In this document: piece by piece, positions 47,230 to 59,900 of the stretch
Layout of the letters: each line of letters starts with the position of its first letter
Position numbering within the stretch: the first letter of the stretch is position 1
IMG/VR virus record: IMGVR_UViG_3300032038_000001
Span: 186,396-250,395 of that record
Strand: one strand, 5' to 3'
Length of the DNA: 64,000 bases
Source: a virus
Taxonomy: Duplodnaviria > Caudoviricetes
Translations under genes and position numbers: made by a program
Notes under the pieces: model-generated
What the model was told of the DNA's origin: nothing
The model's database searches: none
The model's input: the letters and a program-made list of their open reading frames with translations, nothing else

Positions 47230-47805
47230 ATGGCAAAAACTGTTAATGAAGTACTCAGTGAAATGAGTGCAAAAACAAATGGAAACGGAAAGGTTGTAAT
47301 CAACCGTTTCAACAAGAAGAACTTTGTCAAGCTCATGACAGCAATCGCTAACGATGTTGAGTTTAAGGCTGAGCTGGCTAAATCCAAGAAGGGTGAACTT
47401 GAAGGTGTTGAAGATATCATGGTCACCAAAGGATTCAGACAGTGGTGTAAGTCATTGCTTGAAAAGGCTGGAGTTGATAAAAACGAATCCGTGAGGGTTC
47501 TGGATGGAGAATTTCAGATTCCTAGTATGGAAGGACTGTACGAGTTCTTCGCATCAGCATTATATGAATATATTAATGCTGGTAATCAGTTCGATCTTAT
47601 TCCTAATAAGGATTTTAAGGGATCGATATATCTGAAAGATATTGACGAGAAGACGACAGTAGCGGATGCACATAGTCCGCAGGATAGGTCATACCTCGGC
47701 ACTTATAAGACAACAAAGAAGAAGCATAAGGAGCTTGCAGTTAAGTCAACTTGTCCTCCTTGGCTTGCTGAAAGAATTAAGGTCGAGGAGAAGAAGAATA
47801 AGTAA
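47230..47805 (+). CDS. Divergent HU/IHF-like DNA-binding protein
   Basis: C-terminal half FASALYEYINAGNQFDL...GSIYLK...AHSPQDRSYLG...KKHKELAVK aligns by eye with the HU helix, beta strands and NPxTG arm. Strong RBS AAGGAGG. Confidence 0.5.
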   Translation: MAKTVNEVLSEMSAKTNGNGKVVINRFNKKNFVKLMTAIANDVEFKAELAKSKKGELEGVEDIMVTKGFRQWCKSLLEKAGVDKNESVRVLDGEFQIPSMEGLYEFFASALYEYINAGNQFDLIPNKDFKGSIYLKDIDEKTTVADAHSPQDRSYLGTYKTTKKKHKELAVKSTCPPWLAERIKVEEKKNK

Positions 47806-47828
47806 TCCACAACCAACTTCCTATTTTT

Positions 47829-47870
47829 AAGAAAAGGGATACACTATACAGTGTATCCCTTTTCTTTTTT
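47829..47870 (+). terminator. Intrinsic terminator
   Basis: AAGAAAAGGGATACACT/AGTGTATCCCTTTTCTT plus a long T run. Confidence 0.8.
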
Positions 47871-47900
47871 TTCTTTTTTTACATATAAATCCCTCATGGA

Positions 47901-47912
47901 AACAATACCTTA
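47901..47912 (+). promoter_or_regulatory. Late promoter motif (AACAATACCTTA)
   Basis: AACA-N6-TA; implies the true start is TTG 47956 (RBS AAAGGAG), not ATG 47914. Confidence 0.65.
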
Positions 47913-47955
47913 AATGAGATTTCTCTATAGTTTAGAGAAAGGAGTTGAAGTTAAA

Positions 47956-50900
47956 TTGGCTAATAAACCAGCAACTGTTGATACGGTTCACAAAAATAGA
48001 TCTAAATGGCTTACAAATGCCATGAAGAGTATAGGTGCATCAACAGCTAGTTCATTAAAGAGTATATACCCCAACTTAGCAGAAGTTGGCGGTGCTTCTT
48101 TTAATGCATCAAAAACAATAGTATCGTCTATTCGTAATGGACGTACAACTGTTAGAAGAGTTACTGAAACTCTGAAAAATAATAAATATGTTCAATATGC
48201 CAATAAAGCATATAAGAATGCACTTTCAGACTTCAAATCAGGAAATTTTGATCAGACCGATAGAATGGTAGGTTTTGATGAGGATGATTTTTCAGGATTT
48301 GATGATTTTGATGATGTTTCATTTGGTGATGAGGATACTCCAGTCACTAATAATATTAATGTTTCATCTGATAACGGAACACGGGATGCCGTATTAAACT
48401 TATCATCTAATGTTCAAAAACAATCTGAGAACATGATGAAAACTAATAAAGCTACTATGGATGCATATTTATCCATCAATGCTGCTAGTATGTATCAGAT
48501 TGAAAAACTTGGAGGTGAGATTAATACTCACCTCAATAATATTAATAATAGCCTTTCTGCGATAGTTCAATATCAAAATGAGAATATGAACAAATTCATG
48601 GAAGCATCAATGGCTTTCTATGAACAGATGGGTAGCAAATTAACAAGTAATGATGATTATATGAGTAATGATAAGGTTACTGCTGTTGGTACATTTGGTA
48701 ATAGTAAAGGCGGTATAAACCTTTCAAGATATAAAGCATATGTTAAATCTCAATTAAAAGAGAGTCTTCCACCTGAAGTTTCTATGATTGTCGATGCGCT
48801 CGATGATAGTACACTTGATATGATTACTAGCAACCCTTTGGGATTTGCAACAAATGCTCTTACATCATATATGATACCAAAACTTGTTGGTACTACAATT
48901 TCAAATGTTGAAAAAACATTTGAAACGTTTGTACCTACTATGCTTGAAAGACTTGCTGATTATGGTGAAACATACGCTGATACCATGTTTGGTAAGCTCA
49001 CTCGATATGCAGCAAGGTCTTTTGGTTTAAAGAGGGCAGGTACCAGTAAGAAGCTTGAGTCTACAAAAATTGAAAGAGGTGCTATACCTTTTGATGGTGA
49101 AACAAAGCATGCAATCACTCAAGTTATTACAAAAGAACTCCGTGATCAAACAGCTTATTTACGAGCAATAGCTGAAAAAGTAGTTTCTAAAAGAAAAGTA
49201 GAGCAGTCGATGAATAAAAGAGAGTACTGGGATTATGCTACTGAAAGCTACCAGACTCAAGATAAACTTCGTGGTAACATTGCTGAAATGTTATCAAACT
49301 CAATGATTGATGCATTTTCTGATACCGATTTTTATAAGAAAATGTCTGCAATGATTGATGCTGAGACTGATGAAAAGAATAAAGGAACACTTGAAAATAC
49401 TTTCAATCTTCTTCTTAGCGGTATGGCTAAACATGATCATTATATCAATCTCAATGATCTGTCAGCTAATAGTGAAATAATGAAAGTAGTTAATAGTTTA
49501 AATGCAAAACAAGGAACAGATACTACTGCATTACAAGAGCTGATTGGTATGATCAAAAATCTTGATACTACAACAAGACAGACATCTAATGCCGGTCGTA
49601 TCAAAGCTCGAGAGGCTGTTAATAAAGTTACAGAAGAATTGAGTAAAAATTCTAATACATATAATCTTCGTGATGCTGGTGTTGAAGGTGTTGAGGCTTG
49701 GGACCTCGTAGACGAAGATATATATAATAAACGAGATAAAAAATATAAAAGAAAACGCGGTGCTAAAAGAGAAGCCAACTCTTTGGCACGACATCAAGCA
49801 TTAACCGCTGATACCCAAGAAACAGGGCTTCTTGGTCATCTTATAGCTCCGGCAACTAAAAAAGCCACATCGTTCATGGAAGCTGTTATGGCTGGAAATT
49901 TTAAGCAGGGTAAAATTGAATTTAAGTCAATATTTACTGATACTGCTAAAGGTATATTTGAAACAGTTCGTGATGGAGTTATTATTCCGATGGGAGAAAC
50001 TATCAGAGATAATGTTCTTTCACCGATGAAAAATATGATATTCGGTAAAAGGAATGATGAAGGTTTCTCCGAAGGTGGTTTATTATCTGGGCTTAAAAAT
50101 AAATCAAAAGATATTTTTGATGCTGTTAAATATGAAATCACTGGTGAAGAATACACTGATTCGGATGGTGTAAAACATGAAGCAAAAGATAAAACTGTTG
50201 TATCATCAGTAAAGAGTCTTGGTTCTAAAATTAAAAAAGGAGTCATGATTGAACTTTTTGGTGAAGATGAAGTTGATGAAAATGGCAATCCCACCGGAAA
50301 TAAGAAATCATCAGGTCTTTTAAATTCTTGGAAGACAGCAATATCTGATAGCTTAAAGAGATTTAAAACAGCAGTGTTTGGTGAGAAAGATGAATTCACT
50401 GGCGGAAACTGGGGTGGATTTATAAGTCATGAAGCACAGGAATATATGAAAGAAAAGAAAATACCAATTATTGCTGGAGCTGGAACTGGTAGTATAATTG
50501 GTACTATATTAGGTGGACCTGTACTTGGTGCTGGTATTGGTATAGCATCATCACTAGTAGGTTCTTCTGATAAATTTAAAGGTTTTCTTTTCGGTGATGA
50601 AAATCAACTTGGTCTGATTAATGGCATTAAAAAAGCATTTGCGCAAGGTCGAGGAATGCATGATGTTGAAAATAATACCGAATTTAGCTTAGATACCCAA
50701 TTTGTTGGTAAAGCTGGTGTTGGTTTAATCGGCGGTATAATTGCAAGTGCATTTTTACCAGGTGGACCTGTAATGGGAGGTCTTTTAGGTCTTGGAGCTT
50801 CTATTGCTGGAAGTGGTAAAGACTTTAAGAAATTCTTGTTCGGTGAAGATGAAGTTGATGAAAACGGTAATCCTACAGGTGTTCATAAACATGGTCTTCT

Positions 50901-53900
50901 TGGTAAAGTGGGTAATATGATAAATGCCCAATTCTTAAGACCTGTTAAGACACAACTCAGTTATTATGTAAAGAAAACTGCTTTGGATTTAGAGTATACC
51001 ATTGGAGATACATTTAATTTCATGGCAGAAATAGTATCTGAAAAAGTTGGTGACGTTGTAGGTTCAGTCCAGGCATCATTTAAGAAGATGGCTAATGAGG
51101 CTGTTACATTCCTTAAAAAGAACATATTAGACAATCTTCAAAATATAGTAAGAACAACATTAGTTGAACCTGTCTCGAAGGCTGTTACTGGAGCAGCATC
51201 ACTTGTTTACACAATTGGAAGAAAAATGGTCATTGGACCTGTAGAAAAATTACATGGAATGCTTGACGTTGCATATTCCAATGTAGTACAGTGGTGGCAA
51301 AAGTCTAGCTTCAAAAACTTTATTGATGACGGAAAAGATTGGTTAAAGAAAGCCATAAAAAATCAATTAAAGTGGATAGGTAGACGAATTGTAGATGTTA
51401 CTAAGTTAGCTCTTTCACCTCTTGGATTAGTATTTAAGGGTATGAGCGGTTTAGGAACTTTAATTGGTCATAGCCTGAAAAAACATGGTATAGAATTAAA
51501 GCTTCCGAAAAGACGTAAACAAGAAGAAGATACTTCTATTAATGAATGGGATGTTGAAGGTGCTACACGTGCAGAACGTTGGCGTAAGAGACGTGCTCAG
51601 CACAAGGCTAGATCAGCTGAATTAAAAAAACAATATCAAGAGCAAAAAACTCGTGACAAAAATGCTAAACTTATTGAGAAGTGGACTAAAGGACAATACT
51701 CAAGTGATACTGCAGAAGCACGTCTGAAGGCACAGCAGATGTCTGGTGGTAGAATAAAACTTGATACAAGTGTTGAAACTGAAGACGCTTTAATTCAAAA
51801 GGCAAAAGCCCAGATAACTGGCGGAACCACATTTGGTGTTTCTCGTGATGCTCTTCAAGGAACAGTCTTCTCGACATTAAGTCCAGAAGCTCAAACCGTT
51901 GTTCTCTTAGATGAATTAATTAAAGTGATGAGAGGAGAAGATACTGACGAAGACTCTGAAGCTGCCAAGAAATTCAGAGAAGAGTCCGGTTTGGATAGTT
52001 TGTCAGATGCTGAAAAAGGAGACTTAACAAGACGTGTAAACGCTATATGGGAAAAGCATAGAAAAGCAGATGGAACCATTGATTATGATGCGGCTGGTAG
52101 AGAAATTGCTAATTCATCTGACGCTGATAAAGATCGATTATTGGCAATGCATATACATAGTAAAAAATACATGAAAAACCGTAAGGCTGAGATGAAGAAT
52201 CAGACTGTTGATGGTAACAATGGTGAAAATTCTGAATATCAATGGCAAGATAACATCGAACTTCGTGGTGGAGTTAAAAACTGGGCTAAGCATGAATTTG
52301 TGGATAAATATGTTTATAAACATAATAAGACACAAATCAACAGAATGCAAGAGAAATATAATAGAAAAACTCATGAAAAACTGAAATCATTCTACAGGCT
52401 TCTTTCAAAGGCTATTCGTATAGAATTGAAAGCTGCTGATAATGAATCAACACCAGTTCTCGACTACTTTGGCAGTAAAAAGAAAAGTGATTATGATTTA
52501 TTCTTAAAAATGGGTCCTGTTAAATTTGCAAACCGAATTATAAGTGAGGGTGCCGTTACTCTTTGTGGTATAGCAATAAATCAGGATACATTGAACAAAA
52601 AAGACAATAATATGTTATTAAATAAACTTCATCCATACGAAGGTTTATTTAATAAAGTATCAAATTTTGATAATCTTTCGTTGAATGCTACCGAAGGTTT
52701 ACAAGATAATGAAAGATATAAAAAACTTACCGGTGCTGTATCAGATTATGATACCAATGAAAATAATATTGCTAATGGAAAAAAATCTTCTGATAATACA
52801 GAAGCATCTACTGAAAACACCTCTGAACAATCGGAAGCATCTACTGAAGGGGCTAATGGAAGAGGTCGAGCTAAGATGGTTATTACTCGTAATAATGCAC
52901 CTAAAGGTGGACGAGGTATTCTTGGTTTAGCTCTCGGAGCTGCTACAACTGCAGTTAAAGGTGTTATTGGTGCAGGTAAGGCTACAATCAAAGGTGTTAC
53001 TGCTATTGGCCGTAAAACTAGAGAAAGCGTTGAAGCTGCCGGTGAAAAAATAAAAGGTGCTAAAGATTTTGCTAGGCAATCTCTTAATAAAATACGTGGT
53101 AAAGGAATCACTCAGCAAGATAAAATAGATGCTCAGGAGAAAGCTCAAGACAGAGCTACTATGCTTGCTATTCGAGAGAATACAGCAGTATCTGCTGCTA
53201 GTCAAGTAGAACATGTTTCAGCGTGGAAGAAAATGTTCAGCAAGAAGGGTTTATTGACTGCTGGATTACTTCTTATGATGCCTAAAATAATTAAAGGTGT
53301 TAACTGGCTAGTGAATGGAAATGGCTTTAGTAAAGTTATTGGCGGCGTAAGTAATACGTTTAAGAGTGTCACTGAAAACGGTTTAATACCTACAATAGTT
53401 GATTTAAAAGAAAAAGCCAAGAAAAAACTCGAAGAAATGTTCCCTAAAACCATGGAAAAAGTTGGAACCGTCATGGACACATTTTCGAAATGGCATGACG
53501 AGATAGATAAAAACGGTGGTAATATCTTCAAATGGGCAGATGGTAAATTAACAGATAGCCCAATTGGTGATCTGTATACTTCAGCTAAGAACGTATTTAC
53601 TGCGTATGGCACAGTTGCAAAAGCATTAGCTCCTGCAGCATTAACGCTTGTACAATCGATCGACTGGAATTCTATCACAGAGTCCTTGATACCTGTTGCA
53701 AAAGATATATCTACTGTTATAAATACTATATCAGATGCTATCAATAATTTCTTTGGATATAATAAAGATAATAAAGATGGTAAATCTACAGCTGAAAGAA
53801 TTAATGAATATAGTCAAAAAGAGAAAAACGCCGTTACAAAAATGATGGATGGTGATATTATAGGTGGTGCAGAAGACTTTATCCTCAATGAAGATGGTGA

Positions 53901-56900
53901 ATTTGATGGAGTGTCTGCTGCTAAATTAAAAATATTAGCTAATCCAAGAACATTATCCAAAGCACCTAAAGTTGGAAAGGGACTTGTTAAAGCAGGTGGT
54001 AAAACTGCTAAAGGAATTGGATGGATTCTCGGTAGAACTACCAAAACAGGCAAGTTTGCTAGAAAGGTTGGCAAAGCTGGTAAGAAAGCTGGAGAAGCAT
54101 TTAGTAAAACCAAGGTTGGTAAGAAAGCTGGAGAATTATTATCCGCCGGTAAAAATAAAATAAGTAGTTTCGGTAAAAATGCAGCTGGTAAATTTAGTAA
54201 GTTTAAATCTAACGTAAGTGGATTGTCTGACCTTGCTATGGAATATGGTGATGATGCTTACAAGATGATGGGTGAAAGTAAATTTACTAATCTAGCAGCA
54301 AAAGGATTGACAAAAGTCCGTAATGTAGCCAACTCAGCAAAAAGTGCTGCATCCAAGCTTGCTGGAAAATTTACTGGAACAAAAGTAGGCAGTGCTGTAG
54401 CCACCGGTTTATCTAAAACTGGTAAAGCACTTGCATTTGTAAATAAAAAAGGTGGAGCTAAAGAGCTCGCTACAAAAATAGTAAAGAGTGATGCTGTGAA
54501 ATCAGTTGCTCAGAAGGTTAAAAATTCTGCAGCTGGTGAAGGCGTAGAAGAAATGGTTAAAAAGCTTTTATCCAAACTTATTAAAGCATATAAATGGGTT
54601 GGAGAAAAGTTAGGTAAAAAAATAGGTAAAAAGGTTGCTACCGAAGCTGCTGAAGCTGCTGCCGAAAAAGGCATTAAATCAGCAATGAAAAAAGGTGGTT
54701 CAAAATTTATAAAAATGATAACCGCCGGTATTGCTAAGATAACTGGTAAAATAGCTATGGCTGCATCAACTGCATCAATTGCGGATGCTGCATTCTTTAC
54801 TTTAGGTGCTATTGACTATGGTTCTAAAGGCGGAACTGCAAGACTATTCCAGATTGATGAAGAATATGTAGATGCTAAGATGCGTATAATTTCAACAGTA
54901 ATTGGTGGTTTATTACAAGTGTCTTGGGGTGCTTGGGTTGATCTTGCCAATGAGTTAGTAGCATCGTTCAAGGGAATAAATCTTATCAGTGAATTAGCTT
55001 GTCTGCTTTATAAAGCAATTTCCGGTAAAAAGAAAGACAACAAACTTGATGAAGCTAGAGAAGATTTTAAAGCAGAATATAATGAATATGTAGATAAGAA
55101 GATAGAAAAAGAATATCAGAAACAACTTGAAGATGGTACTCTTCCTAAAAATGAAAATGGCGATGAAATGACTCTTGAAGAGTTTGCAGCGGCTGTTAAA
55201 GAGAAAAAAATTGTTGTCAAGCATAAATCATTCGATGAATATAATAAAGATAAGCATAAAGGCACATGGGCTAAAGCTGGTTCGGCGATTAAAAAGCAGT
55301 TCTCCACTAAGAAAGGTAGAGAAGAAGCGGCCATAAAGGGTGCGTTACTTTTAAATCCTGTAACTGGTGGTGCTACATTAGCTTATGAAGGCCTAAAGAA
55401 AACTAAAGTAGGAAAAGCTATTGGCAAAAAAGCCAAAGAAGTAACTAACGCTGCTAAGAAAAAAGCAAAAGAATTAGGTGCAGATATTAGCGGTGCAGCC
55501 AAGTCTGTATGGTCTTCCATAAAAGGTATTGGTAAAAAGAAAAAGAAGAAAAAGAACAAAGATGCTAAAAAGTTCTCTGATATGCTCACAGCTAGTTCAA
55601 AGGACTTATTTGCAGTAAATACTGCTAAAGCAAAAGATACTTTCGGCGCAATAAAATCACAATCGTCCGCTATGTGGGATAATGCTAAAAAATCTATATC
55701 AGATAGATTATCAAAGGTTAAAGATTTCTTGACAGGACATAAAGAAACTGCATGGTACGAACAGTCGGGTTCATATTATGTAGCCAATGGTGATACATTT
55801 GACCATTATAACGCTAACGGTGATTTGATAGATAGTGGTGTTTCTTCAGATTCTATTTCTGAACTTATTGATACCGGTATATTGACTGAAGGTGAAATCG
55901 AAGGAGCATCTAGATTCAGCGCTAAACTTAAAGATATTAGCGGTTCACTTAAATCTAGCTGGACTTCTGCATTTAAGAAAGCAGATTTATTGCATAAAGG
56001 ATTAAAAACTAAGATTGGTTCTATGTTTAAAAATATAACCAAGAATGGAATAATTGGTTCAATTAAGAAAGCAATTAGAGGTTCTTCAAGAGAAGCTTGG
56101 TTTGATCCTAATGGTAACTATTACATTAAGAACGGTAAAAAGTACGATTACTATAACCCGAATAACGATTTAATTGAAAAAGGTATTCCTGCTGATGAAG
56201 TTGAAGAAAAGATTCAGACAGGTATGCTTACCAAAGGAACTATACAAAGGGATAATTCAGCTAAGTCTGCTATTAAGAAAATCCAGAGTGCTGTAAAGGA
56301 ATCTTGGACTAAGGCTAAGAGTGTAGTTTCCAGTGGTTGGAAAAGATTCAAAGATTGGATAAGCGGTGGTTCTGGTACTGGTAATAAAAATATTAACTCT
56401 ATAAAGAAATCAGATTATGGTGATCTCTCACTCATGTTTGGTATGGGTGGTTCTGGTGGAGGTCGTGGAGAAGACATAGTAAACGGTATGCCGTACTATT
56501 CTCAGAATGATTCTTCTTGGAAGAATATGAAGTATGGTAATGATGGTGCTACAATGGGTGACAGTGGTTGCGGTCCTGCAGCTATGTCTATGATAGCATC
56601 CAAGCTTACAGGTCAATCAGTATCTCCTCTTGAAACAGCTTCACTTGCTGAACTTACTGGTGATAGAGACAGCACTGGTACTAACTGGAACTTTATAGGA
56701 AAAGCATCTGCTGCATATGGAATAGATAATACACAAGCTTCTAATCCTAGCAGCGGTTTCATTAGATCACAACTTGAAAGTGGTCATCCGATGATTCTTT
56801 CTGGTGCCTCTGGTACTGGAAGAGGTGGACGAGGTGGTTCACCATATACGGATGCAGGACATTATGTAGTTGCTACTGGTATAGATAGTGCTGGTAATAT

Positions 56901-59900
56901 CAGTGTTAGCGATCCTCGTGGCAAATCATATAATAGAAAATATAATGTAAATGAGGTAGCCGATCAGACTGGAATGGCATGGTCATTCGGTCGAGGCGGA
57001 ATGGGTGGTGGATTTGGCAGCTCTTATGCAGATAAGGTTGGTCAAGTTCTTGCTGACTTAAAAGGCCCTTCATATAAAGCACCTATTAATAATCTTCCTT
57101 ATGGTCAGTGTACATGGTACGCTGAAGGACGTGCGCATGAAAAATATGGATGGGATGAATTTACTAGACGTGCTATGGGTAATGGTGGCGAAATATATTA
57201 TAACGCTAAATCTTGGGGACTTGACGCAGGTACTGAGATTAAACCTAATTCGCTTATTTCACGTGGTGGTTCTAGTTCATATGGTCATGTACTTTACGTT
57301 GAAGATGTTGATAAAGAAAATAATATGGTATACTACAGTGAAGGTAACTCTGATGGTTCAGGTCATGCTCCTGATGATGGTGTTATTAAATCTGCATCAT
57401 TAGACCAGTGGAACGCTAGAAATCCATATGGATATGTATACACTAAGGGTTCTAATATATATAGCGACGCTGATGGAAAAGGAACCACATCATCTGGTGA
57501 TACGTCTTATTCCAGTGATTCTAGTGGTGCAACATTCTCCCAATCTGAAAATGCTATATCATCATTAACTGGATTTATGGGTGAAATAGGCAATCGTTTA
57601 ATAAACGGTATGTTTACAGGTAAATTAGATAGTGATTTCACATCATATTTCTCAGGAACAACAGAGTCTTCAACTAATAATACAATTAATACAGATAACA
57701 GTGGTAAGTCGATGATAATGATTGGTGACTCGAGAACTGTTGGAATATGTAATGCTTTAGGCGGACCAAATATACAGACCACTGGATATACTGGTACCGT
57801 CGGTGATGATATATTTATTGGTAAAGTGGGCGAAGGTCTTGCTTGGTTGAAGTCTAGTGGTATATCGTTACTTAAAACAGCAAAGAATAAAAAAATTAAT
57901 GCGTATATTGTCATTTGGCTCGGTGTTAACGATTGCGCAATGGGAGACCCCGAATCATGTGGTAAAAATTATGCGACATATATTAATGAAAACATTTCTC
58001 ATTTAGGCAAAGATGTTTATGTTGTCACTCCCGCTCCTACTGAGGATGGATATGGTAATAATATAATCAACAATTCACTTCCTGGTTTTAATAAGGGACT
58101 CAAAAACGGACTCAATAGTATTGTCAACTTTGTTGATCTTTATGATTGGTTTAAAAATGGAATTTCTCATGGTTTATTAAAAACCGTTGATGGTGTTCAT
58201 TTTGATAAAGACTCTTATGTTGCAATTATAAATAAAATCAAATCATCTGTTGGAGCCGGTGGTGGTTCTGGATATGGAAGAAGAAAACCAACAATTACAA
58301 ATACAAATATATTACCAAATATGTGGGTTGACCCTACTGGTGGAAGTAGCTTCTACACAGGTGGTGGTCGTGGTGAATTTGCAATAACAGGCAATGGTTC
58401 CGAATATTCATATAGAAATCCTCTTCTTGATATTGATAACCTTGCTGGTTATAAAAAGACGTTCTTCAGAACATATCCTATTAGTAAAGGATTACCAGCA
58501 GTAAGGAAAGCTGTAGCTAATGATGAGTGGGAACTCATGAAAAAAGCTGGATCAGCTTCCGACTATACAAAGTTGGGTAATCTGTATAGAACATCAAAAG
58601 ACCATACAAACCATGGTGGTCATAAAACTTTTGAAAAAGGAGATACAAAACAATACGTCTATACATTATATCAGTCACCAATGCCTCATAATGGTAAGTC
58701 TTTCTATATTGCTAAGGACACAGCTTCATCAGTGATGAATAATACTTCAACTGGTTCATCTATACGTGAAGCATGGAAATCAATATGGAATAGAATTAAA
58801 CAGAATGAAAAAGATAATGATACTAAAGTTACAAACGACGGAGATAAATCTGATTCTTATGATGACATGGTTGAAAACGAAGAGACTGATGGTTTTCCTA
58901 ATGGATGGATTGAAGCTGTAAAATATGTTAAAAAAGTATTTGCAGATGAATTGAAGTCAAAAGGACTTGGCTATGCATGGGAAGGTCATACATTTGACTT
59001 CGGATCCAAAGGTAAAAAGAATTTCAGAAAAGACTGTACTGGTTTTGTATCTGCCGCACTCTGGTACTATGGAGCAGTTCCTGATGATATAGTACCTGCC
59101 GGTGGTTGGACATCCCATTGTTTCGGTGGTTCAAATAATGATCCAAAACTTATTGCAGCACTCGATAGTGCGGGATTTAAACGTATGGATTTCCCTGGAT
59201 GGGATAATTTACAATGTGGTGATATTTTAATTAAACATGAGTTTCATGGCGAAATATATTGTAGTGGTGATTCTGCTGCTAACCATCAGTCATGGAATGG
59301 CGGTTCTACTGAAGGTTTATGGGCAGATGATACCATATATGGTGCCGATTATAGTTATGAAGAAATTTGGAGACCACCTGCTAGTGCAGGAAGCAGATCT
59401 TCGAGTAGTGGTGGTGCTACATCATCCGGTAACATTATATCAGATATGACAAGCTTTATGGGTGAAGTAGGCAATCGTCTTGTAAACGGTATGTTTACTG
59501 GTAAATTCGATAATGATTTTTCATCCTATTTTGCAGGAGCATCAACAGATGGTTCTAGCGCAGCTTCAGGTGTTACTGTTGATGGCAAAGATGCTAGATC
59601 TATAACATGGAATTACTTCACTAAAAAAGGATATAGCAAGGCAGCTACTGCAGGCTTAATGGGTAATATAGAAAAAGAAACTTATCTCGATAGCAGTAAT
59701 CAAGCATTCCCTGCTGGTAATAATAAGAATGATGGTGTATCTACCGCTGAATGGAAATACAGTGGACACCGTGAAGGTACTGGTGATGATGGTGGTGGAC
59801 TTATTCAATGGACTCCATGGTATGATAAAATAGGTGCTTATTCTAAGGAAAAAACAGGTGATAACCTCGCTTGGACTAAAGACCTTCCTATGCAACTTGA

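Noticed and set aside
47914-47955. ATG 47914 as the start of the giant ORF
   Set aside because: It lies 2 nt after the predicted late TSS with no RBS; TTG 47956 has AAAGGAG at normal spacing.
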